NCBI GenBank assembly: GCA_030753015.1
Contig: JASMDC010000034.1
Location: 240-37,159, forward strand
DNA length: 36,920 nt
Source: Candidatus Undinarchaeales archaeon
Lineage (GTDB): Archaea; SpSt-1190; JASMDC01
Reading direction: 5' to 3'
The position numbers and the translations under genes were made by a program. This document shows positions 9,728 to 17,831 of this stretch, one piece after another (within the stretch, counting starts at the first letter, position 1; each line of letters begins with the position of its first letter). Under the pieces are notes generated by a model. That model saw nothing but the letters and a program-made list of their open reading frames with translations, was not told where the DNA came from and made no database searches.

Positions 9728-9745
9728 AAAGGAGGGTATAAATAG
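9728..9745 (+). promoter_or_regulatory. BRE-TATA promoter, copy 1 (AAAGGAGGGTATAAATAG)
   Basis: TATAAATA at 9737-9744, 24 nt before ATG 9769; the identical 18-mer occurs at 10302-10319. Confidence 0.8.
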
Positions 9746-9768
9746 GCCTTGGAGGGCCTAGGATACCC

Positions 9769-10281
9769 ATGATGGCCGACATGGACCTTGCTGACGGCGA
9801 TTATGGCCGGGCGGACGCTGCTGAGGGATACAGTACGACCGACGACCTCTCGGCAAAGGACGTTGGGTACGCCGCTCTCGCGGCAGGTGTCATCGGCGGC
9901 GGTATCGCCCTGTACCAGGCCAACGAGTCAGGGGCCCTCGACGAGTTCAAGGACTACATGACCCGTCCTCACCCTGACGGGCGGGCGATCTCGGCGATCA
10001 AGTGCATCGAGTCCGATTACGCCGACACTCCCCATCACATGCTCGCTCACGACCTGGCCCGTGTTGTCCAGGACTCCGAGGACGGCTCCTTCGGCGACTA
10101 TAAGCCCACGACGACAGCAGGATGGGAGCTACGTAAGGCCATCGAGACGGATTTCGACTATAATCCGAGCCACATGACCGCCTCCGCCGTCGCGAAGTAT
10201 CTCCAGGTGGACGGCAACATGCACGATGGAGACTTCTCCGCGTGGATCAAGGACGGTAACTACATCTGGCACGAGCGGTAG
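9769..10281 (+). CDS. 170-aa hypothetical protein with a hydrophobic segment, tandem paralogue 1
   Basis: Colinear with 10343..10855 (shared ANESGALDEFK, ARVVQDSEDG, YLQVDG, NYIWHER); has its own TATA box. Confidence 0.85.
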   Translation: MMADMDLADGDYGRADAAEGYSTTDDLSAKDVGYAALAAGVIGGGIALYQANESGALDEFKDYMTRPHPDGRAISAIKCIESDYADTPHHMLAHDLARVVQDSEDGSFGDYKPTTTAGWELRKAIETDFDYNPSHMTASAVAKYLQVDGNMHDGDFSAWIKDGNYIWHER

Positions 10282-10301
10282 TCGTGCGTCCCCTCCGCCC
10301 C

Positions 10302-10319
10302 AAAGGAGGGTATAAATAG
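10302..10319 (+). promoter_or_regulatory. BRE-TATA promoter, copy 2 (AAAGGAGGGTATAAATAG)
   Basis: TATAAATA at 10311-10318, 24 nt before ATG 10343. Confidence 0.8.
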
Positions 10320-10342
10320 CGTTCATCGGCCTCGAAGCACGC

Positions 10343-10855
10343 ATGATGCTCGACGTGGACCTTGAGGGCGGGGCCTATGGTCGGTCCGATGCTGCGGACG
10401 GGTATGCTACAGCGGAAGACCTGTCCGGCAAACAGGTAGGGTACGCAGCTCTTGCCGCAACTACCATCGCTCTGGGCATCGGTCTCTACAAGGCGAACGA
10501 ATCGGGCGCCCTTGACGAGTTCAAGGAGTACATGACCCGCCCAAATCCCGATGGCCGGGCCGTGGCGGCCATCCGGAACATAGAGTCCGGGTATACTACC
10601 AAGCTGCACCACATGATGGCCGCTGACATGGCACGTGTGGTCCAGGATTCTGAGGACGGCCATTTGGGCGATTATACTCCGAACTCCGGCTGTGGATGGG
10701 AGCTCAAGAAGGCCATTGAGAGCGGATTCGAGTACAAACCCCAGCACGGTGCTGCCGCTGCTGTTGCCCGATACCTTCAGGTGGACGGCGACATCCACGA
10801 CGGCGACTTCTCAGCGTGGATCGAGGACCGCAACTACATCTGGCACGAGCGCTGA
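10343..10855 (+). CDS. 170-aa hypothetical protein, tandem paralogue 2
   Basis: Same length and motifs as 9769..10281. Confidence 0.85.
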   Translation: MMLDVDLEGGAYGRSDAADGYATAEDLSGKQVGYAALAATTIALGIGLYKANESGALDEFKEYMTRPNPDGRAVAAIRNIESGYTTKLHHMMAADMARVVQDSEDGHLGDYTPNSGCGWELKKAIESGFEYKPQHGAAAAVARYLQVDGDIHDGDFSAWIEDRNYIWHER

Positions 10856-10864
10856 CCGGTCGCG

Positions 10865-11914
10865 TCATCTCGAACCTGCGGACGTAGTGGCGTTCACTTG
10901 ACCTGACGTCAATTCAAGAATCGGTCTTACGAGCGCCTCGGCCATCATGCCATGCGCCCTTGCGTTCGGGTGATGGTCGGTCGGATGAATCCAGAGCTCC
11001 TGATCAGGAATACCCTTGAGCACGGGGAGCATGTCGACGACCTGGATCCCCTGCTCCCTGCAGAAACCGGTGACTTTACCGTGGATGTCGGTGAACGGAT
11101 GGTCGTCCAGCCTGTAGATGAGCGGTAAAACGGCAACTATGAGCTCAATGTCATGTTCGCGACAATAGACGGCCATGGCGGCGAGGTCACCTGAACTCCG
11201 CTCCCACCGGTCCGCACGCTCCCCGACATAGAAGGAGCGATACCACGCTTCTATTTCGCTAGTTCGCTGCCGGTCCGACCGACGGTCCGATATGAGGTCG
11301 TACAATGCGCTCGCTGAACCCCTGGTGCTATTAGCGGTTGCCATCAGGTTCATGAGATCGTTCTCGAACGGGACCATATCGCTCTCTGGAATTGGATCGT
11401 TGAGGGTGAAGGCAACCACCACGACATGCGGGCGCATCAGCTGTGAGTAGTCGCGCAGACGAGCAAGTTCGTCCGCAGTACCGTACCCGGATAGTGCTGC
11501 GTTGAGCACCTGGTACCGGACGCCGACTTTTACCTGCTCCTGGAGTGATTTCTCCAAGCGGGAGGGAAACGCTTCATCGAGCGTCACACCCTCACCGAAG
11601 GCGAACGAGTCGCCCAGCACCATGATCCGCACGACATCGTCGGACATATCGGGGAACCGGTCGGGGCCACGCATTCCGATCGAGTTGATACGATAGACCA
11701 TGCGCTGGTCTGGTGGTAGCGTGTCATAGGGATCGCCGTCGTACATATGCACGAAGGTCGCGTTCACACGGTTGTCGTATGTGGCCACTTTCCCCTTCAA
11801 AGGTTGTGGTACGAGAAGCCGGGCAGCGAGCTCCATCAGGAGAAGAGCGAGGATGATACCGCCGAGGATCATGGCTATTCGCCTGGGTGTCTCCTGCGAA
11901 CTCGCCCCGGTCAT
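10865..11914 (-). CDS. Membrane-anchored SGNH/GDSL hydrolase family protein
   Basis: N-terminal TM; VLGDSFAFG, NAALSGY, FTLND and DHHPN blocks. ATG 11914 chosen from the TTTTATT box ~23 nt upstream (track start 11938). Confidence 0.85.
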   Translation of the reverse strand: MTGASSQETPRRIAMILGGIILALLLMELAARLLVPQPLKGKVATYDNRVNATFVHMYDGDPYDTLPPDQRMVYRINSIGMRGPDRFPDMSDDVVRIMVLGDSFAFGEGVTLDEAFPSRLEKSLQEQVKVGVRYQVLNAALSGYGTADELARLRDYSQLMRPHVVVVAFTLNDPIPESDMVPFENDLMNLMATANSTRGSASALYDLISDRRSDRQRTSEIEAWYRSFYVGERADRWERSSGDLAAMAVYCREHDIELIVAVLPLIYRLDDHPFTDIHGKVTGFCREQGIQVVDMLPVLKGIPDQELWIHPTDHHPNARAHGMMAEALVRPILELTSGQVNATTSAGSR

Positions 11915-12025
11915 GGCGATCATTGTGCGGCCGACCAATAAAAAGGTGTCGTCAGGGAGAACTAGGAGGGGTCACGTCGATGTGAGCTCATGGACACCCT
12001 GAGGGCTCTCCCGGTTCTATCATCA

Positions 12026-12205
12026 TCATCCGAAGAGCTTGCCGGCATGGGCCCAGTTCTCACCGGGCACCTCGTCGATGATGACATAGGTGTACTGAGG
12101 GGGCTTACCGCAGACGTCTTGGATGGCATCGGTGATGCGCTTTGAGAGCTCTTCCTTCTGCTCGTGGGTAAGCGTCCCTACGAGCTTCACGTTCACTACT
12201 GGCAT
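12026..12205 (-). CDS. 4-oxalocrotonate tautomerase family protein
   Basis: M-P1-VVNVKLVG...EQKEELSKRITDAI...VIIDEVPGENWAHAG; catalytic Pro1 requires the start at 12205; TTTTATT box upstream. Confidence 0.9.
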   Translation of the reverse strand: MPVVNVKLVGTLTHEQKEELSKRITDAIQDVCGKPPQYTYVIIDEVPGENWAHAGKLFG

Positions 12206-12256
12206 GAGCATCTGAAGAGGAGGGAGCAATAAAAGCGTGACGTTGAATGACGTTCG

Positions 12257-13765
12257 TCACTGCTCCTCCTCGATGGTTCTGGTGACCGTGAGCTCCATGA
12301 TACACCGCTTGATTGCTGCGTCCGACCACGCTTCTGCCCATGGCCTATTGATGACGATGACAGGCGCATCGAGCTCACGCTTTGCACTGCCGATCCGTGC
12401 CCTGTCACGGGCGTAGACGACACAAGTGCCAGTATTGATTTCGTTCGCGAGCGCGATGGCCTCAGCAGCGTCCTTGGCATCGACGATGGAGAGCACCGGT
12501 CCTGAAACGCCCTCTCGGACGAGAGTGCTCTTCTGGGGAAGGTCCACGAACACCGTGGGCTCGATGAACCATCCCGTTCGCTCGATGCGGCTCCCGCCGA
12601 TAACGAGTCGGCCCTCTTCCCGGCCTGTCTCAATGGCCATGATGGCACGGTTGAGCACGTCCTCGCTCATAACAGGCCCGATATCGTTAGCAGCCTCACG
12701 TGTCGGACCTATAGCGAGCTCGGTGGTCAGTCCCACGATCAATCCCACCAGCTTCTCACGAACATCGGCCGCAACGATGAGCCGAGCACAAGAGGTAGAT
12801 GCCTGGCCCTGGAACATGAACGCTGATGAGACAATGCCTCCGGCCGCAAGCTCAAGGTCGGCGGACCTATCGACGATGACGGTCGTTGAGCCCGCGATGT
12901 CCGCGATCACTCGTTTGAACCCGCGTGATCCCTTGGTAGGTCGTGCTGCATGAGTGCAGGCGCGTTCAGCGCTCTCTCGGTCCCCGCACACAGCGATGTA
13001 GCGGATCCCCTTGTGCTCCATGAGGCGATCGCCCATCTCTGCATCCGCGACCGGGCAGAGGTTGACGATCCCGGGGGATAGCCCCGCCTCGTGAACAAAT
13101 TTCACGAAATATGCAGTTGCCACCGGGAAGGTGGAGGGGGGGATGATGATCACGGTGTTGCCCGATCCAATGCATGCAGCCATCATCCCGGCCATGTCGG
13201 CGAGAGGGGAGCTGGAGGCGCAGACCATGAGACCGGGTCCCCGCGGAAGGAGACCATGCTCTTCCACTTCGCCGGAGCAGGGTACTTCGGGTCCGGCCTC
13301 TGTGAGACGCAACAACATAAGACCCGTCCGTTCGATGCGATCGATTGCGTCAGCCGTCTCGTCAACGGCGTCGTTCCAGCTCATCCCGGCCTCGAGCATG
13401 AGACCTGCCGAGAGTTCGGGCCATCGCGAGCGCAAGGTGTTCGCTATAGCAAGGATGTCCGTCGCTCGTTGTCCGGGAGACACGGTCCGCCACTCTGTGA
13501 ACGCTTCCGCGGCTTTCTTCACAGCGAGATCGGCGTGCTCAGCATCGGCCGTGCAGAGCTCGCCCACGATCTCCTCCGGATTCGAAGGATTCAGGGACGT
13601 AATGGTCCGATCGGTGATGATGCGGTCCCCCCCTATGATGAGGGGGTGGATTGTCCCGAAAGATTCCTCCACATCGCGCACCGCCGACTCTGCGGCAGCC
13701 TGCTCGTTCTCCCAGGCAGGATCGAATATAGACTCAGGATCGGATATATGTGGCATCATGAACAC
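12257..13765 (-). CDS. Aldehyde dehydrogenase homologue (RocA/PruA P5C-dehydrogenase-like) lacking canonical catalytic residues
   Basis: HPLIIGG, SLNPSNPEEIVG, KRVIA, SAFMFQGQ, GWFIEPTVF and GPVL fit the family, but PWNFP, FTGS, EMGGK and GQKC are all degenerate. Confidence 0.8.
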   Translation of the reverse strand: MFMMPHISDPESIFDPAWENEQAAAESAVRDVEESFGTIHPLIIGGDRIITDRTITSLNPSNPEEIVGELCTADAEHADLAVKKAAEAFTEWRTVSPGQRATDILAIANTLRSRWPELSAGLMLEAGMSWNDAVDETADAIDRIERTGLMLLRLTEAGPEVPCSGEVEEHGLLPRGPGLMVCASSSPLADMAGMMAACIGSGNTVIIIPPSTFPVATAYFVKFVHEAGLSPGIVNLCPVADAEMGDRLMEHKGIRYIAVCGDRESAERACTHAARPTKGSRGFKRVIADIAGSTTVIVDRSADLELAAGGIVSSAFMFQGQASTSCARLIVAADVREKLVGLIVGLTTELAIGPTREAANDIGPVMSEDVLNRAIMAIETGREEGRLVIGGSRIERTGWFIEPTVFVDLPQKSTLVREGVSGPVLSIVDAKDAAEAIALANEINTGTCVVYARDRARIGSAKRELDAPVIVINRPWAEAWSDAAIKRCIMELTVTRTIEEEQ

Positions 13766-13841
13766 TGTGGGCTAAAACCCGCTCTAGTTTTAAAAATCGC
13801 ACGCCTCGGGCATCGGCGGCGGTTCACTATTTTGTCTTTAC

Positions 13842-14138
13842 TTAACCCTTTGTGTTCGCTGCTACGCTCTCTAGCAGGCTCTCGATCCGGTCCATCCGCT
13901 CCTCGTGATCTAGGCGGATGGTGTCGATCTTGAAGAAGAGCGAGGTGAATCCGAGGGTGACCGCCACCAGGAAGATGAGGAAGAAGGTGACCGCCACGAC
14001 GAGGAACCGGGTCGTATGGTCGTTCGCGGCCAGCTCCTGCACAGAGAAAGAGAAACGCATGGTTACGTAGCTAGCGAACACCAGCACGAGCGCCATCACG
14101 ATCCCATAACCGATGGAAAGGCGACGCTGTTCTGGCAT
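13842..14138 (-). CDS. Small two-TM membrane protein
   Basis: Two hydrophobic helices plus a charged tail; AGGTGA RBS overlapping the upstream stop points to ATG 14138 (track start 14147). Confidence 0.7.
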   Translation of the reverse strand: MPEQRRLSIGYGIVMALVLVFASYVTMRFSFSVQELAANDHTTRFLVVAVTFFLIFLVAVTLGFTSLFFKIDTIRLDHEERMDRIESLLESVAANTKG

Positions 14139-14147
14139 GGTCATCAC

Positions 14148-14645
14148 CTATGCTTCATCATTTATATCCTCCGGTCTCTCGCCCGTGGGCTTCGAGATGT
14201 CCTCGTAAGGCGAGAAGTCGAGGGTCTCGAAAGCATCGTTCCATTCCTCGGCCCTAAGGATATAGACAGCAGCGGCCAGCATGGTGAACGACATGGTGAG
14301 TGAAGGGCACACGAGGATCTGGGTCAGGCCGATAAGGAGAGCGAGGGGGATAACCAGGCCTGCGATCGACAGGAAAGCCAGATAATCTTCATATCTATGC
14401 CGGACCAGTTCGGCCAATCCCCCGATGAGGACGTACCAGAGCATGAGCCCTGACATGATATTACGGACGCTGCGTGATGAGCCGCATGGAGTGGAAAGTG
14501 ATAGATAATGCAACGCCACGAGTGTGAGGATCCCGACTACAACGATCCTACGGAGCCTGATGGGATCTGAACGCTGTGCGGATTCGGTCAGTTCCACCTT
14601 ATCAAAGGACCCATCCAGGTCCGACGCTTTGGGTTCGGGGGCCAT
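14148..14645 (-). CDS. Multi-pass membrane protein of unknown function
   Basis: About 4 hydrophobic segments; starts 11 nt after the rpoH stop, same strand. Confidence 0.7.
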   Translation of the reverse strand: MAPEPKASDLDGSFDKVELTESAQRSDPIRLRRIVVVGILTLVALHYLSLSTPCGSSRSVRNIMSGLMLWYVLIGGLAELVRHRYEDYLAFLSIAGLVIPLALLIGLTQILVCPSLTMSFTMLAAAVYILRAEEWNDAFETLDFSPYEDISKPTGERPEDINDEA

Positions 14646-14656
14646 GCTGTAGAGCG

Positions 14657-15073
14657 CTACTCACGGCCCAAGGCGGCGACGACGACGCGGTAATAGTAGA
14701 CCTCGCCTGCCGTCTGTGACTCTCGCTTGATCCTGATGATGTCCCCGGGTTTCGCATTGAGCGATACCACGGCAGGATCTTTCTGGAGGATCTTTGGGAG
14801 CTGTCGCAGGTCGACATTGTACTGCCCGAGGAGCTTCTCTACATCTTCCTTGGTTAGGACCTCGTGGTTAGGGACGAGACCGTGCATGAAGAGGTCGAAG
14901 TTGGCCCCACGATACTCAGCATAGTACTCCCGTAGCCTGTTAGCATCCAAGTTCTCGGCTAGTCTTTGGATGAGCTCATTCTTCTTTCCCTTTGTCTGGA
15001 GCTTCTCTTCCTTGGCTATTTCAGCAAGCTCTTTGTAACGTAGATTGTTCAATAGTGATTCGATACCTATCAT
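14657..15073 (-). CDS. rpoH: RNA polymerase subunit H (Rpo5) with an N-terminal SAP-like domain
   Basis: [10 protein letters not shown]...[10 protein letters not shown]...[25 protein letters not shown] is Rpo5; N-terminal [28 protein letters not shown] fits the SAP motif; GAGGTGA RBS. Confidence 0.9.
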   Translation of the reverse strand: MIGIESLLNNLRYKELAEIAKEEKLQTKGKKNELIQRLAENLDANRLREYYAEYRGANFDLFMHGLVPNHEVLTKEDVEKLLGQYNVDLRQLPKILQKDPAVVSLNAKPGDIIRIKRESQTAGEVYYYRVVVAALGRE

Positions 15074-15084
15074 GGATTTTCACC

Positions 15085-16176
15085 TCATCGTCTCTTACGG
15101 GGCGTGACCTCTTTCTCAAGGCGCTTGAACGCCTTGGAAGTGCACGCAATGAGGTCCCAGCTGTTGGCCGTCGCGGCATGAACCTTGAGCCCCGCGACCG
15201 CCCGCACCTTGACCTCGTACTCGACATTGGCCTTCTTATCATGAAGGCGCTTGACATGGACATGGACCTTCTCGAGGTCGGTCAGGAAGGTCGAGAGCTT
15301 CTGGACATACTCACTTGTGACCTTCTTGAACACGCCGACCGTGAAGCCCTCTTCCTCATCAAGACCCTTTATCTGAACTAGAGCGCGTCGTCCTGCTGGT
15401 TCGACGAGCCTTCGAAGAATGCCTTTCCGTGTAACGAGCCCGATGGGCTCGCCTGTCTCATTTGACACGGGGACGGCACGAAGGCGATTATCGAGCATGA
15501 GCTTGATAGCATCTGTTACGAGGCGGTGCCGCTCAAGGACGTGTGATTCCCGAGGCATGATTGAAGTGACCGGGTTCCCTAGCGCGTGGTGCTTGATACC
15601 TGCCAACTCGCCTAGGGTTTCGCGCTCCTTCGGATGGATTAGGATCGAGATAAGGTCGCGCCCTTCCACCATCCCGCTGAGACGGAAGTTGTCGTCGACA
15701 ACGACGAGCCTGTTGACACGGTGGTTCTTCATCAACGCACGAGCAGTGTCGATGCTCTCCTTCTCGTTGATGGTGATCGGCGAGAGGCTCATGAACTCCT
15801 CGACCGCATCGTCACCCTCATACTGCTCAAGGATATCGTCGATGCAAACCGCACCCAGGAGATTGCCTTCCTCCACGACGGGAATGGTCTCCACACCGGA
15901 CTGCAGCATCTTCCGTGCAGCGATTTCAACCGTATCCTCTGGACGGATGGTCGGGGGCGGGAACATCACGGTGCGGACCTTGGATGTCGTCGGATTGATG
16001 GTGCCGTCCAGGACACTGTGGATGGTGAGCATCCCCTCAAGCGTGCTGTTCGACACGACGATCATCTCCCTGATGGACTTCCTCGTCATCTCGCTAATTG
16101 CCTTGACGACTGATCCTTCGGCGGATGCCTTTGGAACATTACTGCGAATCATGTCACGAGCAAAACTCTGCATCAT
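15085..16176 (-). CDS. Four-CBS-domain protein with C-terminal HPF/RaiA-like domain (putative ribosome hibernation factor)
   Basis: Four CBS repeats (e.g. FMSLSPITINEKESIDTARALMKNHRVNRLVVVD), then VQIKGL...VHVHVK...YEVKVR...WDLIACTSKAFKRLEKEV. ATG 16176 follows a GGAGTGA RBS. Confidence 0.8.
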   Translation of the reverse strand: MMQSFARDMIRSNVPKASAEGSVVKAISEMTRKSIREMIVVSNSTLEGMLTIHSVLDGTINPTTSKVRTVMFPPPTIRPEDTVEIAARKMLQSGVETIPVVEEGNLLGAVCIDDILEQYEGDDAVEEFMSLSPITINEKESIDTARALMKNHRVNRLVVVDDNFRLSGMVEGRDLISILIHPKERETLGELAGIKHHALGNPVTSIMPRESHVLERHRLVTDAIKLMLDNRLRAVPVSNETGEPIGLVTRKGILRRLVEPAGRRALVQIKGLDEEEGFTVGVFKKVTSEYVQKLSTFLTDLEKVHVHVKRLHDKKANVEYEVKVRAVAGLKVHAATANSWDLIACTSKAFKRLEKEVTPRKRR

Positions 16177-16203
16177 GGTCGTCACTCCAAGGATGAACAA
16201 TTA

Positions 16204-17778
16204 TTAACCTTTCGCTAAAGGACGTCGCACCATATACGGTCCTGAGCGCTTGTAACCGAGCTTGTGGAAGTAGGGGCGGACACCGATGCCACTGAGGATA
16301 AGCAGGCGTTCCTTATCATGTTCACCGGCTATGGACTCGGCTTCTTCAAGGAGCTGGCGTCCCAGTCCACGATGCTGGACGGCCCCTTGTCCATGTGCAC
16401 CAAGTGGTAGCGCCTCCCCGCACACTCGAAGCTCACGGACGATCGCGCAGTCGATCCCCACTTCCTCGCGATGTGCCTGAGAGGAGGGGAAGCGAAGACG
16501 GCAGTAGCCCAGGAGGGCATCGTCCTCATCGTCGGCCGAGATAAAGAGCTCGGTACCGTTCCCCGCGTCGTACTGTTCAATGGAGAGATTGATGGATGCT
16601 GCCGGGGATTGTCGCACTCTGCGTTGCCCGCGGCCTACCTCTCGGCATCTGATGCACGAACACTTGGTACCGCGTTTCGCCATTTCCCTTTCGACGAGCT
16701 CTGCGAGATTTCCAGCGAACACTCCATCAGCGATACGATTGGACGGGATGTCCCGTAGGATACGCATGGTGCGGACCCAGCGCGGCATCATGGACTTCAC
16801 CTCGGCCAACAAGTCCACCATTTCCTCCGTCTTCGGGGGACGATAGTCGCCTTGGCGCCATTGGTCGTACAGTCCGGTCCCTTCCAGGACCTGAGTGGGG
16901 TACACCTTGACCATATCGGGACAGAACCGTGGATCGGTGAACACCTGACGGAAGCTCTCCAGGTCCCGTTCTCTATCCGAGCCGGGGAGACCGGGCATGA
17001 GGTGGTAATTGACCTTGAACCCCGCATCACGAGCCGTCCTTGTCGCTTCAACAACATCTGCCACGGTGTGACCTCGTCCCACCATCTCGTACACATCATC
17101 GAACACGGTCTGGACGCCCAGTTCGATCCTTGTCGCTCCCAGCCTGAGCATGAGGTCGATGTGGTCCGTCCGGCAGTAGTCCGGCCGCGTCTCGAAGGTT
17201 ATGCTCACGCAGCGATGCGAGGCACGCTCGTTATTGCACTGTGCCTCCTCGAGCGTAGGTGAATCTTCTCCGTTGAGCGCATCGAGGCAACGGTGGACGA
17301 AGTGCTCCTGCTCCGCAGGGGGACGGGCAGGGAAGGTACCACCCATAATGATGAGCTCGACCTTATCGGTCGAGTGTCCGGTCCTCTCCAGTTGTCTGAC
17401 CCGAGTATCGGTCTGATCGAATGGATCGAATCCATGGGCGATGGCCCTCATTGCCGCCGGTTCGTGTCCCGTGTAGCTCTGTGGAGCTTTTTCGCCCCGA
17501 GGACAGTAGGAGCAGGTCCCATGGGGGCACGGCGCGGGTGCGCTCATGACGGCGACCACCGCAACACCTGAAAGGGAGCGGACAGGTTTGGTCCTCAGTA
17601 CGGCTCGCCACTGCTTTTGTTCCTCCTCCGAGAGGGCCGTGAGGATATCCGCATTCGACGGTACACCGCCGAGCACGAACTCGCGTGCAACATCGGTCTT
17701 GATAGTGGCCAGGTCACCCACACCTCGGGTCTTGAGCCTCTGGATTATGGCTCCTGCTGCCTCCCTGGAAAGCTCCAC
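16204..17778 (-). CDS. elp3: tRNA U34 carboxymethylation radical SAM/GNAT enzyme Elp3
   Basis: KPVRSLSGVAVVAVM, CPHGTCSYCP, QSYTGHEPA, ETRPD, RELRV, QHRGLG, SGIGVRPYFHKLGY. Confidence 0.95.
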   Translation of the reverse strand: MELSREAAGAIIQRLKTRGVGDLATIKTDVAREFVLGGVPSNADILTALSEEEQKQWRAVLRTKPVRSLSGVAVVAVMSAPAPCPHGTCSYCPRGEKAPQSYTGHEPAAMRAIAHGFDPFDQTDTRVRQLERTGHSTDKVELIIMGGTFPARPPAEQEHFVHRCLDALNGEDSPTLEEAQCNNERASHRCVSITFETRPDYCRTDHIDLMLRLGATRIELGVQTVFDDVYEMVGRGHTVADVVEATRTARDAGFKVNYHLMPGLPGSDRERDLESFRQVFTDPRFCPDMVKVYPTQVLEGTGLYDQWRQGDYRPPKTEEMVDLLAEVKSMMPRWVRTMRILRDIPSNRIADGVFAGNLAELVEREMAKRGTKCSCIRCREVGRGQRRVRQSPAASINLSIEQYDAGNGTELFISADDEDDALLGYCRLRFPSSQAHREEVGIDCAIVRELRVCGEALPLGAHGQGAVQHRGLGRQLLEEAESIAGEHDKERLLILSGIGVRPYFHKLGYKRSGPYMVRRPLAKG

Positions 17779-17800
17779 GGACCGGGCTCTCGGGAAAAGT

Positions 17801-17809
17801 CCTTAAAGA
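17801..17809. promoter_or_regulatory. Putative bidirectional TATA box shared by elp3 and the RDD gene
   Basis: CCTTAAAGA is centred at 17805, the exact midpoint between the divergent starts 17778 and 17832. Confidence 0.55.
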
Positions 17810-17831
17810 TATGCCGGGGAGACGCACTTGA

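Noticed and set aside
11945-12018. Alternative short pairings in the SGNH/4-OT intergenic gap (ggtgtc/gacacc, gggaga/tctccc)
   Set aside because: Six-bp stems are expected by chance at this GC content and no known RNA motif is recognisable.
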